A DNA stretch of 64,000 nucleotides from Octopus vulgaris (taxonomy: Eukaryota), in NCBI GenBank assembly GCA_951406725.2, contig OX597827.1:82708001-82772000 (forward strand). The letters run 5' to 3'. This document shows positions 40,650 to 55,627 of the stretch, piece by piece. Position 1 is the first letter of the stretch. Every line of letters starts with the position of its first letter. Both the position numbers and the translations under genes were made by a program. Under the pieces are notes generated by a model. The model searched no databases. It saw nothing but the letters and a program-made list of their open reading frames with translations, and was not told the origin of the DNA.

Positions 40650-41507
40650 TACATACATATGTATGTGTGTGTGTTTTCTTAGCGTTTGTGCTGTGCTTTT
40701 TCGCTCCTCACGGCTGCCTGACAACCAATGTTGACCTTTTTTAAGTCCCTGTAAGTAGTTTGGTAAAAGAAAAGAAAGGGGCCAGCAGAATAAATACCAG
40801 ACTGGGAAATAAGTTCTGCTGTTGAGTTGTTCAGTTAGAAACCCTTGGAGGTGGTGCCCCAGCAAAGCCACAGTCCAGTCCCTGAAATATAGAAGATATA
40901 CAAGTGATTTAGATATAACAGGTTAAGTAAGAATGGGGTAAAAAGAAAAAAAAAAAACTTGTGGAATGCCATTCAAAGCTCATCCACAGTTATTGGCTAT
41001 CTGATGTCATGATACAGTGACAATGCTCCTGCCACTGGGTCTGCATCAGGGAATTCCATAGTATCCATAGAGTTACTATGACGATGAAACATCACTCTTG
41101 GTCTACATTATCAAACTGAGTGAAACAGCATGAGGATCTAACAAAGGACTTCGTTAAACAATCGTTGAACAAGGTGCATTTTACACCTTGGACGTAGGTT
41201 AATGGTTGCCCATCATCTCACCAATATACAACAGGTGTAGGAAGATAGCAAAACAATGGTAAGGATTTTAAATAATACCATTAATCCTATTCTCTTTCAT
41301 TTGTCTATATAATACACACACACACATATATATACATACATACTTAAATATATATACATATGTGTGTGTGAGTATCACATGATCACGTGACCGACAAGAC
41401 CATCAGATGTTGCTACACATCGCTGGTCACAATGCGTTCGCATTGTTTTAGCCTTCGAATGACACCACCCCGCTGGCTAAGCAAGCAGGCCAATATATGA
41501 TATATAT

Positions 41508-41693
41508 CATCATCATCATCATCCTCGTTTAGCGTCCGCTTTCCATGCTAGCATGGGTTGGATGGTTCAACTGGGGTCTGGGAAGCCAGAAGGCTGCACC
41601 AGGCCCAGTCCGATCTGGCAATGTTTCTATGGCTGGATGCCCTTCCTAACGCCAACCACTCCGTTAGTGTAGTGGGTGCTTTTTACATGCCAC
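41508..41693 (-). mobile_element. RTE 3' tail fragment
   Basis: Same terminal ~180 bp as 20410-20597. Similar tails at 5240-5420, 44257-44540, 52871-53270 and 53460-53640. Confidence 0.85.
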
Positions 41694-41869
41694 ATATATA
41701 TATATATACACATATATTTTTGTTAGTAAGAAAGAAGATAAAACTCTCTTTCCATCAGGTAAGTGGCCTTGCACCATTTGTAGGAAAGGAGTTTGAAATA
41801 ATTCCATTCAGTGCACCCAGGGTAAACTATGGACACGTAAGAGGTGCAGTGGAATCACAGGTAGATTAA

Positions 41870-42986
41870 CAGATAGAGTCGTCTTCATACGTGGCAGATG
41901 TGCAGGAACAATAAGCACTAAGGACACACAGGATTTAGACTCTCAAATGCCCAGGAGGCTCTCTTGAGGTAATAGATAATTCTGTTACCTAGGTGACCAA
42001 ATTAGCAATGGTGGAAGATGCTCTGAAAGTATTGTTTCTAGACTAAGAATAGGATGGAGGAAGTTCAGAGAGCTTTTACCTTTGATAGCAACAAAAGGAC
42101 TCTCACTTTGAGTGAAAGGTAGACTGTATGATGCTTGTGTACAAACGGTTATACTCCATGGTAGTGAGACACGGGCTCAGAAGGCAGAGGACATGCGTAG
42201 ACTAAAGAGGAATGAATGTAGTATGCTCTGCTGGATGTGCAACATCAGTGTGCATGTATGACAAAGTGCAAATGTGTGGAGAGAAAATTTGAGCAGAAGA
42301 GGAATCAAATGCAGCAAGGAAGAGAGAAGACGACGTTGGTTTGGACATGTGATGCATATGAATGAAGACAGCTGCATAAAGAAGTGTTGATCACTGAGAA
42401 TGGATGGCATCTGTGGAAGAAGGAGACCCAGGAAGACATGGGGGTGAAGTGGGGAGGACCGATCTCAGGATGTTGGGCCTCATGGAAGAAATGTCAATGG
42501 ACCAAGATATCTGGCAATATGAGGTTCTTGGGAAGACCTGCCCATGTCAGCAAAACTGAGTTCTAGAAGTGCTGTGTGTCCCCCCCACACTTAACATGAA
42601 AACTTCTCACACACCCTACCACAACAAACCAAACTACATCTCTCCTCTCCTTCACATTTCCATTTCATGCTCTATGCTTACCTCTCACTCCTCAATCCTG
42701 TCCTCTTGGCCCTGTGCCATTGTATCATTGCTCTCTGCTAGCCCCCCCTGACCTGTGTGTTCCACCCATGCCCTGTCTCACTGTATTATTGCGTATGCCC
42801 AGCATTTTGCCACCATCTCCATCCTGCTGTCTCCCTCTCTCTCTTTCTCTCTCTTTCTCCCTTCACTTCCCTCAGGTTGGCTAACCATGTATCTCCCTTG
42901 CAGCAACACACCTGTTTCTGTCCTCGTTCCTGATCTCTCTCTCTCTCTCTTTCTCTCCCTCCCTCTCTCCCTCCCTCTCTCTCTCT

Positions 42987-43059
<73 letters not shown>

Positions 43060-43318
43060 GCCAAATAACCTTCTTCTTCCTCAACAGCAAGACACTTGTT
43101 TCTGTCTTTCTTTCTAACTAAAACCTTTCTTCATCCGACACAATGATCCCCTCCTCCAATGACCCCCTCTCCTCTCAAAGGTTTTTTTTCTTTGTCTTGC
43201 AAGGAGGTACTTGGTGACCCTGCCAGTGCCGGTGCCACCTCGTGTAAGTTTCTGCTTGGCCAGCTCTTGCGAAACCGTCCCACTCATGCCAGCATGGAAG
43301 GCAGATGTTAAAGGATGA

Positions 43319-43320
<2 letters not shown>
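41870..43320 (+). mobile_element. Old RTE copy with a long pyrimidine-rich 3' UTR
   Basis: YLGDQISNGGRCSES...[10 protein letters not shown]...LHGSET with stops. A related 3' end lies at ~51900-52610. Confidence 0.8.
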
Positions 43321-43351
<31 letters not shown>

Positions 43352-43525
43352 ATCACCATCTCAATTCCCCATTCATCACAACTGTCCAACAAACAGGAGC
43401 AGGAAACAGTTTTGTGAAGATTTTTGCAGTTTTAATAAAACCATTTTATTCTACCTGGTTTCTTTTCACCTTGTATTTATGTGCTTACTTGTGTGTGTGT
43501 GTATACATATACACATGCATATATA

Positions 43526-43737
43526 CAACAATATTAAGGAATGGCCTTGATAGGCCATTCGACCCACTAGAAAGAGCAGCTAAACTCAAACCGCTAAATA
43601 GTTGTAATTCAGAAATCAAAGGAAAATAAAAACATTTACCCTTTTGATTTCTAAATTACAACTATTTAGCGGTTTGAGTTTAGCTGCTCTTTCTAGTGGG
43701 TCGAATGGCCTATCAAGGTCATTCCTTAATATTGTTG
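43526..43737. repeat. ~210 bp near-perfect foldback
   Basis: Arms 43526-43621 and 43641-43737 are reverse complements with few mismatches. Confidence 0.9.
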
Positions 43738-43743
43738 AACGTA

Positions 43744-44118
43744 TCTCTCTTTATATAAACGGCAGTTTGTCTGTGCGTGTTTCTGTGTGTCTGTTTGCTT
43801 GTACCCTCACCCTGACCACGGCTTTCAACCGATTCTGATGAAACTTGACACACACATAGCCCAATGTCATAATTCAAAACTAACGCAGCGAAAATTTTGA
43901 AAAGTTCCCCCAGTTCTGAACAAAATCGATAAATTCGACATGGGGTCGAGAATCAGAAACACAAACCGCAAACTGTCTAGGGGACGCAACTCCACCTTTT
44001 TTTACTCTCAAAAAAATTTACCATCATTTTTTTTTGCTATTTTTGGGCTATAACTCTCTAAAAATGCTTTATAGTTATTTCCCTTACAAACCCGAGCAAC
44101 GCCGGGCGATACTGCTAG
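43744..44118 (+). mobile_element. Non-autonomous Helitron (375 bp)
   Basis: A|TC 5' end (TCTCTCTTTATATAAA), subterminal hairpin CCCGAGCAACGCCGGG at 44091-44106, CTAG|T 3' end, no TSD. Confidence 0.85.
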
Positions 44119-44255
44119 TATTATATATAGTCTGTTGACTATTTTTTTCTTTCTCACTGGACCCCTGGTGGCGAAAAAATTTCTCTTGAATTTTTTGCTA
44201 CCCTGATATTGATTGACATATGCATATATATATATATATATATATACGTACAGAT

Positions 44256-44290
<35 letters not shown>

Positions 44291-45499
44291 TTAACGTCTG
44301 TTTTCCATGCTGGATGAGTTGGATGGTTTGCACCAGGCTGCAATCTGATCTGACAATGTTTCTACACCTGGATGCCCTTCCTAATGCCAACCACTCCTAG
44401 AAGTATAGTGGGTGCTTTTTACATGCCACCGGCACAGAACCCAGTCAGGCAGGCCTGGCATCGATCATGTTCAGATGGTGCTTTTACATGCCACCAACAT
44501 GGGAGCCAGTCAAGGGGTCCTGGCGTCGGCCACGCAATATATATTTTAAAGAACAGTGCACAACAGGTTGCAGTGGATTTAGCTGTTATTTCTTGCAGGT
44601 TGGACGACCATGTTGTCATTGTTGCTGTTTGTTGTTTGTTGTTTGTGATCAGGTTTTTTCTTATAAATAAAGTTCCAGCTGTGAACGACATCCTGTGTTG
44701 TTCTGAGACCCTTCCTTCTTTTGAATAGTGCAAAGTTGCTATTTCTAGCTGGGTCTCTACTCACCATGGACCACTCATATTCACTTCCCTCTTCCTTGAG
44801 GGAAGCTGTAAGTCTTGAGCCAATGCCAGCAATTTTCGCCTAGATCCCTCTTCAAAATCCTACCATCTGAACCCCTCGACCCCCTCCCCCTTTCTAGTTC
44901 TATGCTTTCTTCCTCACACCGCTACTACAATGCCCTTTCCTCAGCCCCCACCGGACACACACACACATCTGTCCCCTTCCATCGCCCATATTGTCTCCTC
45001 CCTCTTTGCCAGTCCTTCCTCCGCTCCCCCCAGTCTCCTTGGTTCTTCTCCTTGGTTCTTCCTGCAACCATCCAACTGCAGCATCAACCATGTCAACCCC
45101 CCCCCCCCATACCATCACTTTGACTGCCCCCCTCCCCATCCTTCACCCAAACATTTTAAAAGAAAACAAACAAAAAGAGGATAAATTTGGTTGTGTAATC
45201 CCAACTACACAGTGTCTGAAAAAAAGGAGTGATTGTCACGGATGGAACACTTTTGATCATGCGATTTTGTTGGTTTTAATTTGTTTTGGTCGGACGCAAA
45301 TCGCCGACGGAATCAGACGCGGGAAAATGGGATGACGTTATGGTGCAAGGGAGGCAACTTGGTGACTGACTAGGAAACCACACGGTTTATGTGTATTGCG
45401 TGTGTGCAACGATCGTTCAGCTGAGAGGCTTCAACTACACACACGCACACTTAACCGCACACACACACACACAAATACGCGAATACACACAGGCACACA

Positions 45500-46298
45500 C
45501 ATATACATGCATACGTACATACATACACACTCATGCATGTATACATACATACATGCACACATACATACATACATACATACATGCATACATACATACATAC
45601 ATACATACATACATACATACATGCATACATACATGCATACATACACACATACATACATGCATACACACATACACACATACATACATACATACAAACACAC
45701 ATACACACACACATACATACATACATACATACATAATACATACACACACATACATACATACACACATACATACATACATACATACATACATAATACATAC
45801 ACACACACATACATACATACACACATACATACATACATACATACATACATACATACATACATACATACATACATACACACATACATACATACATACATAC
45901 ATACATACATACATACACACACACACATACATACATACATATATACATACATACATACATACATACATACATACATACATACATACATACATACACACAT
46001 ACATACATACACACATACATACATACATACATACATACATACATACACACATACATACATACATACATACATACATACATACATACATACATACATACAT
46101 ACATACATACATACATACATACATACATACATACATACATACATACATACATACATACATACATACATACATACATACATACATACATACATACATACAT
46201 ACATACATACATACATACATACATACATACATACATACATACATACATACATACATACATACATACATACATGCATACATACACACATACATACATAC
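45500..46298. repeat. ~800 bp (CATA)n microsatellite
   Basis: Directly visible. It accounts for the 257-357 aa HTYI/MYVC ORFs. Confidence 0.98.
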
Positions 46299-46895
46299 CA
46301 TCAAACCTCCACGTTGTGATAAAAAAAGATGTTGGCTCTGTTATGGCCATGTGGAACATCATCAGCACCTTCCCCAAAATCTCTACAAAATACAACCTGC
46401 CCCTGGGGCACAGTTGCAAAGACTATTTACAATGCCAACCGTAGGAAGGACTGCCCTGGCATAGACATGAAAAGCAGGTGAGAACCAGCAGGTATTTTGC
46501 ACCTTTATAAACCAGGAATACTGGTGGAAAACCCCAATAAAAACATTAATTCAGTGGAAGCATAGCAAACCTGATATTGTTCTGTGGGACAGGGAACAAA
46601 AATGATGCACTGTTGCAGAGGTCAGCTGCCCAGGGATGGGAACAGCCTTGAAAAAGAGAAGATTTATAGGTGAATTAATGCAGAACTTACAGCTCTTGTA
46701 CCCTGACAATAGATTCTCATCTGTACTCACCATTGTAGGGGCCATTAGGTTATGTCTCAGCAAAGTTACACAAAAACCTAGAAATATCAGGTTTAGTGAA
46801 AAAAAGGCTAAAAGAAACTGACATGCTTTCTCCAAATTCAATCTATTAGTGGCACAGTAAAGATCTGTAAGACATTCCAAAAATATTCCATCTGA
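46299..46895 (+). mobile_element. Old R4/Dong-type LINE 3' part
   Basis: CWLC, EYWW, KPDIVLWD...AEVSCP and LQLLYPD...IVGA. Starts directly after (CATA)n. Confidence 0.8.
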
Positions 46896-47189
46896 GATTC
46901 TTTAGATGAATAGATGCACACTTGGGTGTGTGCATTGACAGGTCAGCCAACACCAACTCACCTACATATGTACAAACACCAGGATGTCTCCAAACTCAAA
47001 AAGTCTTGTCTCTTTGCTCGCGAATGGCTTGAACTCTCTCAAGAAAGACTTGAATTAAACTCAAAGGAAAAACACACAGACAAACAGACAGACAAGTGTC
47101 AAACAACTTTTTGTAAACAAAGCTGCACTGTGGCAGCGTTACAGCAGCCAAACTCTTTGACTCAGTTGCTCACAAATGGTTGCTAAAAT

Positions 47190-47945
47190 GTCTCCATTTG
47201 GCAGGGACCTGCTACCTCAATTGCTGCCACTGAGAGGCTCACAAAAAACCTGGGCAACAATTCTCACTGAGAGCAAAACAGTCATCTCCAATGTTTATAA
47301 ATATTTCAAACGAATTATTACAAGGAATTATTACCAAAATGGCTAAATGCTTGGATCTGCAATTGCTTGAAATACTCATGTAACCCATAATTTTTTTTTT
47401 TTTTGTGGATGGCCAGCAGATTTATGCTAAAAAATATTAACAATGCCAAAAATCTGGCTGGACTCAATAACAAGATTTTCAGCTGACATAGGAATGGAAT
47501 TTAGCCAAAAGAAATGTTCATATTTGGTTGTTGACTGACAAAAAGCAGTTCTCCAGACTCAGAATCTGCACAGAAACGGTCGTTCGATGCCTAAGCATTG
47601 GTGAAAATGTATCAAATGGAAATGCTGTGAATAAGGATAGAAGAGTCCCAGAACATTACATCAGACTTAGAAAAATAGGGTAGTCAGAATCCTCCTCTTA
47701 CAACAAGACATCTCCCAATGCCTTGACAGTACCAATGTTGATCTCAGCATTTGGGACACTTGACTGATCTGTAGAGGAAATCCACTCCACAGACATTAAA
47801 TCCCACAAGATTCTGACATCAGATGGAAGTCTCCATGGAATCCGTGATATTGACAGGCTGTACTTAAGAAGAGATGAAGGAGGCAGAGGCTGGAGACCTG
47901 GGCAGGCATCCTTTGTCTCTCTCAGGCAGTACCTGCTAAACACCG
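47190..47945 (+). mobile_element. Old R4/Dong-type RT/thumb fragment
   Basis: DIGMEF..KKC, VPMLISAFG and DIDRLYLRRDEGGRG. Confidence 0.7.
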
Positions 47946-48659
47946 ATGGATGATCTGGTAGCAGAGAAGGGACGAAGGTAGGGTTTATTTGTTATGACTT
48001 GGCAACAGATTTGGGGTGGATTCTGTGAAGGTTTGAGTGCCAGTCACAGTTGTAGAGTTTACAGAACCCAGCATTCACACAATGATATCCTTTCTACTTT
48101 GGAGGCAGAGGGCCTGAAATTTTGCAGGAAGATGGGGCCAGTTGATAGCATTGACCCCTGTGCTTAACTGGTACTTATTTTATTGACCCCAGAGGGATGA
48201 TACCAATAACATAATGTGACAAAGGAAACAAACTCTACCTTCACCCTGAAAAAACTCATGTGTGTGTGTGTGTGTGTGCATGAATTTGTGCATGTATGCA
48301 TGTATCTACATGTGTGTGTGTGCATGTGTGCGCAGGTATGTGTGTGTGTGTGTCTACCAAATAAAAACTATATTTATAGAAAAAAAATGATTAAAAAAGC
48401 CACAAAGATATTGATTTCTAACATTGGTACAAGATCATAACCAGATTAATTAAACTGACAACAGCCATTCAGTTGGTTGGGTGGATTCGTGAGGGCATCA
48501 AATTAAGTGCCTTTTGGGGTTTAATGACATCCATCTGCATTCTGAGTTCAAATCCCACCCCACTCAACTTTACTTTTCATGCTTCCAGGGGTTGATACAG
48601 TAAAGTATCAATCAAGTTCTGTGGCACATTTAATATTCATTAAGGTTTCCCACTTATTT

Positions 48660-49257
48660 ACTTGTACTTGAGATGGTATTCACCCAGGGTGGGTCAAGCC
48701 AACTCTGACCAAAGGGTTCATCCCCTCCCTCATGAATGCTGACCACATTCGATGGTTGACCCTAATATTCCAGCAGGTAAAGTAATGTTGACCGACCCAA
48801 ATATCTAGGTTGCACATGCCCCACCGGGAGGGCAAGGGCATGAAATCACAAAGATGCCCCTTGCAGGGAGTAAGTGCACCAGATTGCATGGATACAGTAC
48901 TCGTCATTCGCTGTTGAGGTGTAGAGGTCATGCCTGGAGTTCCAGTGGGAATACAAATTTCCATGTGGCCCCTGGACACATTTTAGGATAGTGTGATCCA
49001 TGGTGACCCATCTTACTGTTGATTGTTGACCATTGCAGTGGCTTCACTGACCAAGTCACTGCCTATTATTGGATCAGACATAGCTTGGATTTGAAGTGGG
49101 TGATCCCTTAACTGGGACCCGGACAGGTGCTACAACTCTGGGTCAGAGTAGACCTGAGAACAATAATGACTTACAGATGGTCTCACACTCCTCAAAACCC
49201 AGGAACTCCCAAACGAAGGCCCCATTACCCGATGCAGTTTAAAGTCTTACCCAGGTG
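48660..49257 (-). mobile_element. Probable 5' region of an I/Nimb-like LINE or a related SINE
   Basis: GC-richer block containing CAGGTGCTACAACTCTGGGTCAGAGTAGACCTG, which resembles a widespread retroposon 5' domain. Recalled from memory, not verified. Confidence 0.35.
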
Positions 49258-49594
49258 TCTTAGATATAAACAGAATGATGACTGAGATTAATTCTGCCTT
49301 TCATTATCTCATGGTTTGATAAAGACAAAGAACCACAGAAGTTTCGCTTTATATCCGTAAAATGTATCCTAGATGTCAATGGAAGTAATTTGAACCAAGG
49401 CCTGGAACTAAATCTTGCTGCAGGGTCTTTCATCTGGCAGCTTCCTGATTTCCCTCAGGAAATATTGCCAACTGAACATTAGGAACAGAGACTAGACAAT
49501 GATGGAGCCTTGATGATCGCATAGAAATAACAGCCAAATCACCCTCAAATTACTTTCTCGCCTTGCAGTAAAAAATTATATCACACAACTTAGT

Positions 49595-49649
<55 letters not shown>

Positions 49650-52600
49650 GGGAATGGTCTCGACTGGAAGGTCATTGATCGTAGTTTTGTTTGATCTCAG
49701 CTGACTCGGGACAAAACAATAACTAATAGTCGTCTCGAGAAAGCCACCATTTTTGACGGCAGAGAAAACTATGAACGACAGGTCCAAGGGAAGTAACTCT
49801 GGAGTCCTTCACGTCTTCTCTTAAAAACTAGTTTTCGTCCGATGGAAGCAGTTTTTAATCAAATGTGTCTATAATCTTTTGGTGAGGGATATTTAGCTGG
49901 AACCTTTTCATTTAAGAACCGACTGTAATGTAGAAAGTCATGAATGTTGCCACTTCACATTTTTCGTTATTAATTTTCGTTAATTTTCTGTTTATAATAG
50001 CTGAACGTTACATTATTCTCTTTCACACCACCAACACCATTACCCCCTTGTGTAGCAGGAACGTGACCACCACCACCACCGCCGCCGCCAGCCTGTGTAA
50101 CAGGAACAAGAGAGCACACCTCTACCACCACCACCACCACCACCACCACTGCCACCTCAGTGTAGTAGTAACCGCACACCAAACACTGCAGTCAACCTCT
50201 TTATACCACTTGGTGTAACAACTCTCCCCCATCCTGTTTAGTCGTGACACCCCCCCCCCATTATCACAATTTCTTTAAATCTCTCGTTTCTTGAATATTT
50301 AAATAAATCTGTGATGTGTAAAGTTGGTTAATATTGGTTTCAGATTTTGGAGCAAGGCCAGCAATTTCGGGAGTGGGGGTGGGTAAGCTGATTACATCAA
50401 CCCAGTATGCAACTGGTACTTAATTCATCGACCCAGAAAGGATGAAAGGCAAAGTCAACTTTGGCAGAATTTGAACTCAGAACGTAAAGACAGACGAAAT
50501 ACCACAAAGCATTTCGCCCGGCGTGCTAACGTTTCTGCCACTTTGCTGCCTTAAATCTTTTAACATTGGTCAGCAATGAAGCTGAGGAATTTCAGTAAAT
50601 CACAAATAGTCTGAACTTAGACACGCCACAGACATATTTATGTTTGGGAGATTCTAAACCAGACCCCTATACTAACTTGTGTCAATCATCTTCATTGTCT
50701 GTGCTATGGGGTCGATATGTTTGCTAGAAATCTGGAAGGCTGCAACAACCTCAATCCTGCACTGTGTTGTCAGCTTTCTAGAAATGCTATGTGCTAGAAA
50801 CGATATGTTTTCTAGAAATCTCTAGTGTTGTAATGGCATTTGTTGAACAGCATCCATCGTTTTGTGTCAGTCTTTACCAGTCAGACCCAACATCCTAAGA
50901 TCTAATTTCATCTTCTTCCTTGCATGTCTCCATAGATATTCATTCCATATTTTGGCACAAAGCCAGCAGTTTCAGGGAAATGGTTAAATCATTTACATCA
51001 ACACCAATGCTTATTTAACAATCCTGAAATGAAGAAAGACAAAGTGGACCTTGATGGGATTTGAACTCAGAACATAAAGATGAACAAAATGCCACTTACC
51101 ATTTTGCAAACGATTCTGCCAGTTTGCCATCTTAAATGCCTCCATAAATCCTAACCAACAATTCTTCCCCCAGCTCCCTTTATTCATTCATACTCACAGA
51201 AGAATTTTTGTTGAGCAATGAAACCCTATTTCATGTCAACAGTTCCCAAAACCGGTTCCAAGCCTCACCTTGCTTGTCTGACTAAACTTCCTCCCAGATT
51301 CCATCCCTGAAAGTTCAGTCGATGATAGAAGCTGATGACAAAAGACACTCATCCAACACACAACACAAAACCCTGTCGTTACAAAGTGATTATCTTTTAC
51401 TCCATGGCCATATTTGCATGAGAACTTCCTGTTCTGTGAGAACTCATTTAAGGCCACAGAGAAACAGGAGGGCAGTGGTGGTGGGGTCGGGGCAGGGGAT
51501 TGGCATCACAGACCCGAATGAGGATGGCTGTAAAGGGTAGTAAAAACCAGGCTGAAACCTAACCAGTTATTAAATTATTAACAGATTGTTATCAATTAAA
51601 AGTGAATTAATTAATGCTTGTGTGTGTATAATGGGGAAGAATATTAAATTAGATTTAAAGAAATAGATTCATTGCTCTAATGGCTTTGTGATATTTTTTG
51701 CTGTTTTATAACCAACCTGCCATATTTATATTTGGGGCAAGGGTGGAGCTCTACTGATTGTTGTTCTTGGTGGTAATGATGATGATGATGACAATGATGG
51801 CAATGATGATTAGGGTGATCATTAATAAAACTTAACAATTAGAACTTCTCACAGAACTCAACATGGTGCCAGACGACTCGGTTGACCTGATTTGGGCAGG
51901 TGAGTACACAGATGCAACGTCCCTGACTCTACCTTGGTGCTTTTCCTATATAAATACCTGGCGATTTGAGGTTCTAAAGAAGACCTGCCCACATCAGTAT
52001 AACTGAGGGCTAGAAGAGTTGGGCCCCACCCACACATAATAACAAAAATTTCACACACCCCCAACCCTACAATCCAAACTATGTCTCCTTTCCCAAGCTT
52101 CAGCTTTTCTCTTCCTCACATTTCCTCTTCATATTTCTACCTCCTTATTTCTCTGTCACACTCATTGTCTGACACTGGATCACCTCCTCCAATGACCCCT
52201 CCTTTATAGCAAGACACCTGTTTCTACTCCTCTCTCTCTTAGTCACCCTCTAACGCAAGTTCCCCTCCTCAAATGGCCCTGCTCCTCTCATAATTCCTTT
52301 GTCCTGCAAGTGACTTGGTGACCCTGCCAGTGCTGGTGCCATGTTAAAAGCACCCAGTCCACTACACAGTGGTTGGCATTTGGAAGGACATCCAGCAAAC
52401 TAACCTTGCCTCTACTGGTGCCATGTAAAAAGCACTGAGTCCACTCTGCAGAGTGGTTGGTGTTAGGAAGGGCATCCAGCCATAAAATCGCTGTCAAAAC
52501 AGACACAGTAGCATAGGGTAGTTTTTCTACCTGGTCAGCTCCTGTGAACCGTCCTACCCATGCAAGCATGGAAGATGGACATCAAATGATGATGATGATG

Positions 52601-53390
52601 ATGATGATGTATATAGAAAATATATTTTCACAGAATAAGTGTTTCTATATCGTAGTCCAGGTGAAATTATCTTGGTGTAGGTATTGTGAAGGTGAGTTTG
52701 GCATGAATGGTATACCTGAACGTATATGAGAAAAGTGAGAAGGATGGAAGAGAAGAAGGAAAAATAAGGAATCGCATGGTGCTGGGAGTCTTTGGTAAAG
52801 AAAAGGTTTTAGTATCAACACTTCTGAGTTTTGCAGCAAAAAAAGGGGGTTTTTTGTAGGAAAGGGGAATCATCATCATCATCATCATCATCGTTTAACG
52901 TCCGTTTTCCGCGCTAGCACGGGTTGGACGATTCGACCGGGGTCTGGGAAGCCAGGGGCCGCTCCAGGCTCCAGTCTGATCTGGCAGAGTTTCTACGGCT
53001 GGATGCCTTTCCTAACGCCAACCACTCTGCGAGTGTAGTGGGTGCTTTTTATGTGCCACCTGCACAGGGGCCGGGGGGGGGGGTCCAGCATCGGTCACGA
53101 TCGGTTCGAGCTTTTAACGTGCCAGCGGTACGGGAGCCAGCCAAGGCGGCGCTGGCAACGTTCGGATGGTCTTACCGGCACAGAGGCCAGTCGGGGCAGC
53201 GCTGGCATCGGCCACGTTCGGATAGTACTTTTTATGTGCCACCGGCACAGGCATCAACAGACCTGGATCCAAGTTTGTTGATTTCAACCAGACACATACA
53301 TTGTAGTACATCTGTTTCACCATTATTATCATAATTATTATCGTAATCCTCCTCCTCCTCCTCCTCCTCCTCCTCATCATCATCATCATC

Positions 53391-53448
<58 letters not shown>

Positions 53449-55111
53449 CCACCACCACCTATTAATGCCCATCTTCCATGCTCCGATGGTTCAAGCTGTT
53501 TAATCGGATCTGTCTGATGAAAAGACTGGACTGTGCACCAATGTCTGCTTCGACCTGGTTTCTCACAGCCGCATTCCCTTCCCAATGCCCACCACTTTAC
53601 AGAGAGGACTCGGTGCATTTTTTAATGGCACTGGCACTAATGAGTCCGTTATGATCCCCTTTAACTGCAATGGAGAGGGAGCTTTCTACCAGGACATGAG
53701 AAGTTAAAGGAGAAGAGAAATGGCCTGAAACCGAACAAACTCTCTTGTTGTGGATAGAACAGAACAAATTTCTGTGCAGGTGACATTGTTCATGGGTGCA
53801 TTTGCAGCATCTTAAATCTTCCTCTTTTTTCATCAGTTTTTTGAACAAATAAAAGAGCAAAAGCTCTCAGCCATAGGCAGAACTCAAACCTTTTCTGCCT
53901 CTCTTTCCATTCTGAATCTAACCAGAGCGAGGATTCATTGAAATCAATCATTATCTTCTGTTGCAAGATGCATTTCTACTGAATGAGGCATCAATTTGCC
54001 ATATCTCCATTCCACCAAGTTACTGAGCATGGCTGTTGCTTTCTGCTCTTCTACGTCAACAACATTTTTTATTCACCCCACTTATGTTTAAACCAAAAGA
54101 CCCTGTTTTCAATCCTAGGCATTACATCACTGATTTTCCAGACACACTAATCCACACAAGGCAGTAGTAATTAACAATGGTTCTTTTAATCGTGTGTGAA
54201 TTATTATCTCAGAGAAATAGTTAAAGAGTAGTTGGTGGTAAATATGTGAATTATTGTAAAACTTTGACTGGAAAAGGTCTGTACATAGGAAATAAGAGAA
54301 CTTTTATAACACACACACACAGAACTTATAGCTGTTCTCTCTTGGTCTCTCACATATATATTCTCTACATTTTTCTAATGTGTTGTATACAATAAAATAT
54401 TAGTGTTTCATGAATTGTATACAATAATAGATGTATGTATAATGCAGTGTATATAATAGCCTTAGTAATAAATATCTCCCACAACACCAAAATATACCAG
54501 AATAAAAACGTTCTTCCATTTATGGATCCACTGCAAATGTATAAATTTACACACACAAGTTGTGAACACCAAGTGTTATTTTACACTCTGTAAATCTAGA
54601 CACAGCTTGTGTGCAAATTATTGCGTAAATCTACTCACAAGACCTGTGTAAAACCCCTGTGTATATCTACACACTACTTATGTACACCAAGTGTTATTGT
54701 ACCCTGTGTAAATCTACGCACAGGATGTGTATTCCAAGTGTTATTATTTTCATTTTAAAAATCAACTTTTTTAGAAAGGAAAGTTATCTTTCCCACAATG
54801 CATTGCAACTCCATCGTTTCAAATGTTTGCTTCTTTTGTGTGTCTTTACTATTGTTTGTGTTTTTGCTGCTCTTTTATCTTTTTTCCTCTAGTTTGTTTG
54901 TTGTTGTTGCTGTTGTTGTTGACTTCAAAAGATTTACTGAATATTTGCTAATACAGACACATGCTCAAACATGTAAACACACACACACTCACAATTATAC
55001 AAGGTCCCACACACATTTCCCACACAGACCGAATGCCTGCCATGACTTCTGTTTTCACACACATATACACACTAATACACACTAATACACACACTTACAC
55101 ACACAGATGCA

Positions 55112-55142
<31 letters not shown>

Positions 55143-55588
55143 TACGTGTACAAACACACAGACATGTAAAAACATACAGATATGTACAGATACATGCATG
55201 CACACACATATGCATAGCCACAGAGACATGTATGGTCAAACACACACACACACACACACATGTCAAGGCATATGCACACACATGTATAAACATGCACTGA
55301 TATGTAAACATACACACACACAATTATGCATAGTCAGTGTGACTCTACGTATACATATATAAATGCACAAACACACAACAGAAAGATAGGTACAAACATA
55401 CACAGACACACACACACACACACATGTACAGACACTGACATACACATATGCACAAACACATGTATACATATATACATACATACACACAGATATGTTCAGA
55501 GACACACTTATACAAACAGATCTATGTTATTAATATTTACACACACAGATACACATGAAGACTGACCATCTAACACACACACACACAC

Positions 55589-55627
<39 letters not shown>

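Noticed and set aside
43830-43850. CTGATGAAAC inside the Helitron
   Set aside because: No stems can form; it is part of the Helitron internal motif.
44159-44173. CTCF-like CGCCACCAGGGGTCC on the minus strand
   Set aside because: A single imperfect match in 64 kb is not significant without ChIP or conservation data.
45391-46464. 357-aa and other long HTYI/MYVC/YIYI/poly-H/poly-D ORFs throughout the window
   Set aside because: They are translations of (CATA)n, (TA)n, (CA)n and (CAT)n microsatellites, which simply lack stop codons.
54535-54750. Degenerate ~50 bp tandem repeat (CCAAGTGTTATT...TAAATCTAC)
   Set aside because: An old minisatellite with no conserved structure or coding signal that I can see.
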